Shown here piece after piece: positions 26,021 to 32,000 of a stretch of 32,000 nt of DNA. A program made the position numbers and the translations under genes. The first letter of the stretch is position 1. Every line of letters begins with the position of its first letter. Under the pieces are notes generated by a model. The model had not been told where the DNA came from. It made no database searches and was given only the letters and a program-made list of their open reading frames with translations. This stretch comes from Candidatus Saganbacteria bacterium (lineage in GTDB: Bacteria; Margulisbacteria; WOR-1; JAKLHX01). The stretch is taken from the NCBI GenBank assembly GCA_026387835.1, contig JAPLKZ010000010.1, forward strand, positions 236,379 to 268,378, written 5' to 3'.

Positions 26021-28938
26021 TTCTTTATCACCCAAATTTTTGCCCTGCCGATCAACTTGCCGTCGCCAACGATCCTTGCCATGTAGATACCGTTGCTCGC
26101 AATGTCTCCGTAGTCATCTCTGCCGTCCCACATGAACTCGTTATATCCGGCTGTGGCAACGAAGCTTCTCTTTACGGCTATCCTGCCCGTAGTATCGAAC
26201 AAGTAGATGATTACGGTCGCATCTTTGCTTATGTTAAAGCCAAGCTTGGTGGTCTCAGCCAGCGGATTGAACGGATTCGGATAATTGAATGCGCTGCCTT
26301 CTATATAAAGTGTCCCGTCCGAAACTTTTAATTTTCTGGTAAACGTAGTAGAGTTGCCGGCTGGCGCGTCTTTTGCCGTAATTTTTAACGTAAACTCTCC
26401 GGCAGATATCGGGTCTGTCAGCGTCAATGTCATTAGCCCGCTGACGGGGTTGAAGCTGACAGCCGGGAGTGAAGTCGGAGAGAATGTAGAAATTGCCTCA
26501 ACAGTGATAGATGCCGCGTCTACGCTGACATTGTCGGTTATCGTAGCTTTGATAGTCGGCTTGGTTGCTATAAGGTCGCTCTCAAGAACTGTTTTTTCGT
26601 CGACCGTTACATCGCTGATGACAGGCGGTATGGTATCGGCCGATGTGAGTATTCCGACGGCACTGCCTGAATCCTTGCCGACAACGTCCGTCTCTATGCC
26701 GTCACCGTTATAAGCGGAAATACCGTACCAGTATTTCGTGTCAGGTTCGAGCCCGTCATCATTATATTCTTTGTCTTTGATGGAATCTTTTATTTTTATC
26801 CAGTCACCGGGAGTCCCCTTTTTATCCTTTGCCCTGTAGACGCTGTATTTGCTAGAGCCGCCGTCTCCCGCGTCCCAGGCAAACTTGATCGATGCCACCG
26901 TGGCTGACATCTTGTGCAGGTTCACCGGTGTATTTGCAAGGGTATACCGCGTCACTGCTTCTGTAGTGGCTGATGCACCGTCATCGTTATAAGCCGCGCA
27001 ATATCTTGTATACGGAGTGTTTGCGGACAATCCGGCCTCGTTCGCTTCCGTTAACGGCGAAGCAACGGTCTTCTTCAGGGCTCCCGCTCCATCGCTGATA
27101 TTGAAACCGGTCTCGTTCGTCGAATTCCTTGCCCACGTCCACTTGATCCCCGTAGTCCCTGTGGCAGTTCCCGCAAACGATGTTGGCGCTGCCGGCGGGT
27201 TCAATACCGTCGCTATAAGATAATCCACGTAATGCGGCGTCAGGCTTGTATTCTTGCCTGTATATACGAACTGGTAAGCGCTGATGTTCTTGTCAAAAAT
27301 ACCGTTGCCGTCAGTCGGGGTCCCGTTATCAAAATTCTGGACCAGTGATTTGAACGGGATCTTCACGAATTGCCATTCCGTGTTCTTTAGGCTGATCGCA
27401 GGCCCTGAATATATCTCGTGTGTCATGCTCCATGATCCATATGGAGAAACGTTGGTCGCTTCAAATACATCCAGTCTTATCGTATTATTAGTCCCGTCAC
27501 CTTTGAGCCAGAAGGCAAAAGCATTGGTAAGGATCAGGTTTTTGTTTGAAACAAGGTCCCCTTTCATCAGCCCGCCCCAGTCGCTTGAAAATGAATAAAG
27601 GATCCTTCTTGACTGCGCTCCGTTCTTTATGAACAAGGGATTAGTATTGAATACTGAGCTGCATCCGGTTCCGTAATTGTTATAAGCCGATACTTCCACG
27701 CCCTCGTAATTATCAATAAGGACAGACGTGCTCGGCCCAAAATCAATTGCCGTAAACCGGTCAGCGGCGGTGGACGGAGAAGTGCCTCCTGGAGTGACAA
27801 CGGTAATATCATAGGTGCCTGCGGGAAGGCCCGATGGGATGGTAGCCCTGATTTCCGTAGCCGAGTTGCTGATCATCGTCAAGGGAACAGTTCCGATCTT
27901 AACAGCTGTAGCACTTGACAGGTTAGTGCCTGTTATAGTGATATCGTTCGGCACGTCATTGTTCCCGCTAGTCGGTGAGATCCCTGTCACGACGGGAGAA
28001 AGTGAGCTGATGACCGTGAACTGGTCGGCCGAAGACGTGGCCGATGTACCGTAAGTATTCGTGACGGAAATATGGTAGACTCCGGGAGTTAGTGCTGATT
28101 GTATTACCGCATTTATAGTAGTATCGCTGATAACTGCGAACGTGCTTACTGGATCTGTCCCGATCTTTACCGAGCTTGCGGTGGCCAAATTAGTCCCTGT
28201 TATTGTAACTGGCGTGCCTGCCGTGTTAAGACCAAAAGTCGGTGAGACACCGCTGACCGCCGGTACGGGCACCGCGAGCACGGTGAACTGGCCGGAACTG
28301 TTCGCAGGTGACGTGCCGTCAGCGTTGGTCACTGTAATATAGTAAGTGCCCGGGGTAAGACCTGAAGGGACTCTTGCAATTATCTCCGTGCTTGAATTGC
28401 TGACTATCGTCATGCCTGTTGCCCCGACATTTACAGCTGTCGCGCCTGACAGATTAGTACCTGTTATAGTGACCGGGACTTCCGCATTGTTTATACCGCT
28501 GCTCGGGGTGATCGATGTCACGGCCGGCGAACTGGTGGAAATCACGGAAAACTGGTCTACCCAAGACGTCGCAGATGTGCCGTCAGCATTTGTGACCGTT
28601 ATATGGTAAACATTGGGGATAATTCCCGATTGTATGACTGCAGTTATGGTCGTGTCATTTACAACACTGAAACTTTGGACGGGAAATGAATCGATCTTTA
28701 CGGCGGACGTTCCGGTAAAATAAACTCCGGAGATCGTGACTTCGGTAGTCCCTGTATTTAAACCGCTTACCGGGCTGATAGAAGTGACCGAAGGGACCGT
28801 TCCGCCTACGACTCCTGTTCCGATCGTTATCCAGCTGTCGGAAAAAGAGGCCGGTATGGAAAAAAGCAGCAGCAGCGCTGCAATGACAGCCACTGCGACC
28901 GGTTTGCTGTATAATGATCTTATTTTTTTACTCAACAT
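26017..28938 (-). CDS. Large secreted surface protein: four IPT/TIG domains, a CBM-like beta-sandwich, two FN3 domains, an Ig-like region, and a C-terminal FlgD-Ig/T9SS-CTD-like domain
   Basis: 973 aa. Signal/anchor AVAVIAALLLLFSIPASF. Four units of about 88 aa of the type P.VTSISP.SG.N.....VTITGTNL.....V.IG........S.T.I.A.IPSGL.PG.Y.ITV.N..GTS. FN3-like segments (PAAPTSF..GIKWTW; PVNLHKMSATVASIKFAW...YSVYRAK...TKYWYGISAYN). C-terminus NYPNPFNP..TTKLGFNISKDATVIIYLFDTTGRIAV...FMWDGRDDYGDIASNGIYMARIV. Confidence 0.75.
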   Translation of the reverse strand: MLSKKIRSLYSKPVAVAVIAALLLLFSIPASFSDSWITIGTGVVGGTVPSVTSISPVSGLNTGTTEVTISGVYFTGTSAVKIDSFPVQSFSVVNDTTITAVIQSGIIPNVYHITVTNADGTSATSWVDQFSVISTSSPAVTSITPSSGINNAEVPVTITGTNLSGATAVNVGATGMTIVSNSSTEIIARVPSGLTPGTYYITVTNADGTSPANSSGQFTVLAVPVPAVSGVSPTFGLNTAGTPVTITGTNLATASSVKIGTDPVSTFAVISDTTINAVIQSALTPGVYHISVTNTYGTSATSSADQFTVISSLSPVVTGISPTSGNNDVPNDITITGTNLSSATAVKIGTVPLTMISNSATEIRATIPSGLPAGTYDITVVTPGGTSPSTAADRFTAIDFGPSTSVLIDNYEGVEVSAYNNYGTGCSSVFNTNPLFIKNGAQSRRILYSFSSDWGGLMKGDLVSNKNLILTNAFAFWLKGDGTNNTIRLDVFEATNVSPYGSWSMTHEIYSGPAISLKNTEWQFVKIPFKSLVQNFDNGTPTDGNGIFDKNISAYQFVYTGKNTSLTPHYVDYLIATVLNPPAAPTSFAGTATGTTGIKWTWARNSTNETGFNISDGAGALKKTVASPLTEANEAGLSANTPYTRYCAAYNDDGASATTEAVTRYTLANTPVNLHKMSATVASIKFAWDAGDGGSSKYSVYRAKDKKGTPGDWIKIKDSIKDKEYNDDGLEPDTKYWYGISAYNGDGIETDVVGKDSGSAVGILTSADTIPPVISDVTVDEKTVLESDLIATKPTIKATITDNVSVDAASITVEAISTFSPTSLPAVSFNPVSGLMTLTLTDPISAGEFTLKITAKDAPAGNSTTFTRKLKVSDGTLYIEGSAFNYPNPFNPLAETTKLGFNISKDATVIIYLFDTTGRIAVKRSFVATAGYNEFMWDGRDDYGDIASNGIYMARIVGDGKLIGRAKIWVIKK
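27736..28794 (-). repeat. Intragenic tandem repeat: two copies of a 531-bp two-domain (IPT-A + IPT-B) unit
   Basis: Protein repeats 1 and 3 resemble each other most, as do repeats 2 and 4. DNA at 27815 onward aligns with 28346 onward (offset 531 nt) with frequent identities, for example ...cctgttatagtga... in both. Confidence 0.7.
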
Positions 28939-29698
28939 TAAATACTTTTTCCTCGGTCTTTATTTTGTCTGCGCCATAATCAAACAATCCCAACATTTTT
29001 ACATTGCCCTTTGGAAGGTCCGTTTTGCCGCTGTAATCAATATTATATTCTTCATCGGGATATGTCATGAAAGAACCCGCTTTAAGGGTGTCCAGGAGCT
29101 TTCCGTCCGGACCGAGGACTAGAAATGTAGCTCTAACGTCCTGAAAAGTGTTGCCCGTATTTTTAACTTTTGAGCTGATCGTGAGGACCTCTGATGAACA
29201 TTTCGCGTCAAATGATTTTACCGACATGGCATGGTCCGCCGTGCCTTTCACCGAGACCCTGAAAGGCATTTCGATGTTCATATTTATGTTCAAAGTTATA
29301 TCCGAAGGCCCTTGAACGGTGCTTGTCCGGTATGAGTATAAAAGGCCGGAGGAATATCCGCCCTTTGCATCCTGGGGAACTGCTGTCCTGAACCTCAGGT
29401 CTTTTATACTTTTGGGGGGGATCGAAAATTTTTCTTCTTCGATCTTTGTCCACTTTGAACATGAATATTTCGCGGGTTTCCCGTCTTTGTCCAGCGAATT
29501 TACCATCCCGGCCGTCACATCGATCGCGCTGTCGGAAGTGTTCTCAAGGATAACTCCGCCGTTAAATACCTGCCCTTTTTCAAGATAAAGCTCTATCGAA
29601 GGCTGTCTTAACAAAAGCGCCGACTGGCAAGGAGCACTGATGATAAATATTACCAGTGCCGGCAACAAGATGTTTTTTAATATACTAATAACTTTCAT
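28928..29698 (-). CDS. Secreted two-lobed beta-sandwich (Ig-like) protein, possibly chaperone-like; function unknown
   Basis: 256 aa. Signal peptide MKVISILKNILLPALVIFIISAPCQSA. Beta-rich alternating pattern in two halves (SIELYLEKGQVFNGGVILENTSDSAIDV...; LTISSKVKNTGNTFQDVRATFLVLGPDG...). The stop overlaps the next gene's start by 11 nt. Confidence 0.5.
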   Translation of the reverse strand: MKVISILKNILLPALVIFIISAPCQSALLLRQPSIELYLEKGQVFNGGVILENTSDSAIDVTAGMVNSLDKDGKPAKYSCSKWTKIEEEKFSIPPKSIKDLRFRTAVPQDAKGGYSSGLLYSYRTSTVQGPSDITLNINMNIEMPFRVSVKGTADHAMSVKSFDAKCSSEVLTISSKVKNTGNTFQDVRATFLVLGPDGKLLDTLKAGSFMTYPDEEYNIDYSGKTDLPKGNVKMLGLFDYGADKIKTEEKVFNVE

Positions 29699-29723
29699 TA
29701 TTATACCTTAATAACCGATAACC

Positions 29724-29751
29724 GAAAGGGGCCGCTTAAACGGCCCCTTTC
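29724..29751 (-). terminator. Intra-operon stem-loop (attenuator or partial terminator) after the first gene of the surface operon
   Basis: GAAAGGGGCCG-(6 nt)-CGGCCCCTTTC forms a perfect 11-bp stem. On the minus strand it is followed by GGTTATCGGTTATT, which is only moderately U-rich. It lies 10 nt after the stop of the 29761-30816 gene. Confidence 0.5.
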
Positions 29752-29760
29752 TTATAAACT

Positions 29761-30816
29761 CTAGTTAGCCGTTCTCTGGTAAATGCCGATGTTGCATGAT
29801 TTGCTGCCAGGAGTAACGCCCACTCCGGTGGGCCATATTGCAATGAACTGCATATGGAGCTTTTCTGTCCTGTGACATGTATTATCAGCCGGAGACACAT
29901 AGACGAGGCCTACCTGGCTCCTTGCCGTTATCACAAAACCGTTGGCGTTGCTCGCGACTACTGTATTTCTGTCAGTATTGTAGCAGAGCGCGCTGTCGGT
30001 ATTTGCGGCCATCTGGACCTTTGTCTTTCCGGAGATCTGCGCATCGTTAGGCGGAACTGAAGACCCCGCGGTGCCGATTAAAAACGTCTTGATCTGGTCG
30101 GCTGTGGCACCCGAAATGAGAGGGAGCGTGTTGAACAAAACAACAGACCCGTTGCTTTTATATCCCCACTGCTTTTCGGGGGTCCCGTTCGGATCATCGG
30201 ACCATGAAAACCATCTCATTGTCGAGAGTCTGGGATCAAGCACTGTTCCCGTGGCCGCCCCTGCCGTTCCCGTAAGAACATCATTGTCGGCATAAGCATA
30301 TACCGTCCACTGGTAATTGGCCAGATCCCAGTAAGGGGCCTGTATCGTCAATCCTGTCTCGTAGAACATATTGACATCTGTTCCTGTAAGATAAGTCGAC
30401 GGTTTTGACGCTTCAGGGGATCCCGCGCCATCAGCCGGGTTTATGGCATCGCCCTTTACCCAGACCGAGGGGAACGGCGATGAAGCGGTCAGCGGAAATA
30501 ATTTGTATGTTCCCGCATGATTAAGTATCGCCGAGGTCTTTCCCACTATACTTGTTTTTACCACCGATGTCGTACCGTTCAGGGTATTACCAAAAACTGT
30601 ATTGGCTTGGTCCGCAAGCTGAAGATTGGAAATTGTAAGGTTGAACATAGCCGGCGCAACGGCAAAAGCCTGGAAACTCCACGCGCCGTTCGTGTATCCT
30701 TCGGTCAACGCGGGGTAGTCTACCGGGATCCCTCCTGATCCCGCCGCCATGGCGGGAACAATGAATACCGCTGACATGACCGCCGCGCACACTATCGAAC
30801 AAAACACTTTCTTCAT
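29761..30816 (-). CDS. Secreted protein of unknown family (candidate major surface or fibre subunit)
   Basis: ATG 30816 has AGGAGG 7 nt upstream. Signal peptide MKKVFCSIVCAAVMSAVFIVPAMA-AG. The mature protein is rich in T/S/G/A/N and poor in K/R, with Cys residues near the C-terminus (NTCHRT...SKSCNIG). The ORF-track start at 30864 is upstream of the SD. Confidence 0.6.
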   Translation of the reverse strand: MKKVFCSIVCAAVMSAVFIVPAMAAGSGGIPVDYPALTEGYTNGAWSFQAFAVAPAMFNLTISNLQLADQANTVFGNTLNGTTSVVKTSIVGKTSAILNHAGTYKLFPLTASSPFPSVWVKGDAINPADGAGSPEASKPSTYLTGTDVNMFYETGLTIQAPYWDLANYQWTVYAYADNDVLTGTAGAATGTVLDPRLSTMRWFSWSDDPNGTPEKQWGYKSNGSVVLFNTLPLISGATADQIKTFLIGTAGSSVPPNDAQISGKTKVQMAANTDSALCYNTDRNTVVASNANGFVITARSQVGLVYVSPADNTCHRTEKLHMQFIAIWPTGVGVTPGSKSCNIGIYQRTAN

Positions 30817-30978
30817 AATTTTTCCTCCTTTCTTAATAGAAGTGATCAAAGACATCGCACACATTAAAAATCACCTGCCTTTCCTTGCAGAATAGTCTTG
30901 TTTTCCCTTCAATAATATATCGTCAAATATTATTGTGAATTTCACTCTTTTTTGTGTTACACAACAATTTCATAAATA

Positions 30979-31006
30979 TTGCAATCGATGATTAAAATGT
31001 TATAAT
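30979..31006 (+). promoter_or_regulatory. Candidate promoter (TTGCAA, 16-nt spacer, TGTTATAAT) for the small-ORF/response-regulator unit
   Basis: The -35-like TTGCAA is at 30979-30984 and the extended -10 TGTTATAAT at 30998-31006, about 28 nt upstream of ATG 31035. Confidence 0.5.
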
Positions 31007-31034
31007 ATCCTTATTATATTCCGAGGTGGAACGT

Positions 31035-31298
31035 ATGAACGATGCACATAACACAAATGAAGATCCGAACACAAAACTGGTGGAAAGCATAAAAAAATTC
31101 GCCGCTTCATACCGGGTTTTGACGCCCCAGGGAAAGACCGCCTTCCAGAACCAGATAAACATCCAGATGAAAACGATGGACGAGCGCACAAGAAAACTTT
31201 ATCAGGCTCTTATCGATTCCACAAAGAACGACCTGAACGTGGATAAGACCGTACAAGAGATGGAGAGGGCCGATAAAAGGTATAAGTCCGGCATGTAG
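31035..31298 (+). CDS. Small hypothetical protein (87 aa, predicted helical)
   Basis: ATG 31035 has GAGGTGG 6 nt upstream. The sequence is charged, helical-looking and protein-like (KLVESIKKFAASYRVLTPQGKTAFQNQINIQMKTMDERTRKLYQALIDS). No domain recognised. Confidence 0.45.
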   Translation: MNDAHNTNEDPNTKLVESIKKFAASYRVLTPQGKTAFQNQINIQMKTMDERTRKLYQALIDSTKNDLNVDKTVQEMERADKRYKSGM

Positions 31299-31327
31299 AT
31301 CCTTTCTTCCCGGAGCGACCAGCAAAA

Positions 31328-31696
31328 TTGAAAAACATTCTTATCGTTGAGGACGTAGAAGACCACTTAGAGATAGTAAAGATCATTCTCGAGCAGTACA
31401 ACTATAACATCCTTACTGCCGCAAACGGCAGATCGGGGCTTGAAACGGTCCAAAAAAAACTTCCCGACCTTATTATCCTGGACGTGATGCTGCCCGAAAT
31501 GAACGGATATGAGGTCTGCAAGGCTATCAGGGCGGACCAGCACACAAGGGTTATCCCTGTGATAATGCTGTCCGTCAAGTCAAATCCCGAAGACATCGAG
31601 GCGGGCTACAAGGCCGGGGCCAACGAATATATCACCAAACCTTTCAATCTTGAAGAACTCGTTAAAAAAGTAAAAAAACATCTAGGGGAGGAATAA
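31328..31696 (+). CDS. Stand-alone response-regulator receiver domain protein (CheY-like)
   Basis: 122 aa. ILIVEDVED..., phospho-acceptor context LIILDVMLPEMNGYEV, and SVKS...GANEYITKPF (conserved T/S and K positions). TTG start. Confidence 0.85.
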   Translation: MKNILIVEDVEDHLEIVKIILEQYNYNILTAANGRSGLETVQKKLPDLIILDVMLPEMNGYEVCKAIRADQHTRVIPVIMLSVKSNPEDIEAGYKAGANEYITKPFNLEELVKKVKKHLGEE

Positions 31697-31702
31697 TTAC
31701 AA

Positions 31703-32000
31703 ATGATCAAAGAAGGTAAAAACTGCCTGCTTGTCCAAACTACCGGGATAAAGCCTTTCAAGAGATGCACGTACTGCGAACGCAGGGTGACAGATTGTTT
31801 TGGTATACAGTTTTTTATCGTCGCTTTCGGCATAATAGGGTTGTTGCTCGTAATGTTCACTATTAGGGACCTACCTATACTGGCCATCGACATCACCGTA
31901 TTGATATTGATGATGCTTATCCTGCTGGGTATAATCGCCAGCCGCGAGACGAACGAGATCGTAGTCAATAACTTCCTCCTCAAGGAATTAAACGAAGAGC
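31703..32000 (+). CDS. Membrane protein, N-terminal part (gene continues beyond the window); possibly a sensor protein
   Basis: Frame is open from ATG 31703 (GGGGAGGA upstream) to the window end and is not in the ORF track. MIKEGKNCLLVQTTGIKPFKRCTYCERRVTDC is followed by two hydrophobic helices (FGIQFFIVAFGIIGLLLVMF; ILAIDITVLILMMLILLGII). Confidence 0.45.
   Translation, partial: MIKEGKNCLLVQTTGIKPFKRCTYCERRVTDCFGIQFFIVAFGIIGLLLVMFTIRDLPILAIDITVLILMMLILLGIIASRETNEIVVNNFLLKELNEE

Noticed and set aside
26354-28609. Series of plus-strand ORFs (26354-26713, 27815-28054, 28142-28342, 28346-28609)
   Set aside because: They are shadow frames of the repetitive IPT/TIG-coding region on the minus strand. 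Their periodic appearance reflects the 531-nt repeat, not genes.
1-32000. CRISPR arrays, rRNA genes, IS elements, transposases, integrases, phage or toxin-antitoxin genes
   Set aside because: I looked for regularly spaced direct repeats, rRNA-like conserved blocks, terminal inverted repeats and DDE or tyrosine-recombinase motifs in all listed ORFs and found none.

Overview
The window is a gene-dense bacterial chromosomal segment of about 32 kb, mostly housekeeping genes. I saw no rRNA, CRISPR array, transposase or integrase.

Gene order is Firmicutes-like: pgsA-cinA-recA-rny-ymdB, pth-mfd and mazG-ftsH. The cell envelope is clearly diderm, with a TonB-dependent receptor behind a cobalamin riboswitch and a beta-barrel protein carrying SLH domains. 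This suggests a deep-branching, Terrabacteria-type diderm lineage.

Features supported beyond the supplied ORF track:
- A partial btuB-like receptor at the left edge, with an AdoCbl riboswitch that a spurious ORF overlaps.
- tRNA-Pro(CGG), plus an adjacent degenerate tRNA-like relic.
- Revised start codons for several genes.
- A partial membrane-protein gene at the right edge.
- A recurring TGnTATAAT extended -10 promoter motif.

The main candidate for something new is a four-gene, translationally coupled minus-strand operon at 24074-30816. It encodes, in order:
- a strongly expressed secreted subunit, followed by an attenuator hairpin;
- a secreted Ig-like, chaperone-like protein;
- a 973-aa IPT/TIG-FN3 surface protein with a T9SS/FlgD-Ig-like C-terminal domain;
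- a PorV/FadL-like beta-barrel fused to an Ig-like domain and three C-terminal SLH domains, the reverse of the OmpM/Slp domain order.

Other items worth a second look:
- a roughly 600-aa class II aldolase with large unexplained extensions;
- a diverged tandem pair of minimal FGE/SUMF1-like proteins, duplicated together with their upstream regions;
- a frameshift-split mfd;
- an orphan 374-aa protein;
- a probably leaderless yajQ;
- several candidate operator palindromes.

All functional calls come from reading translated motifs by eye. No database search was run.
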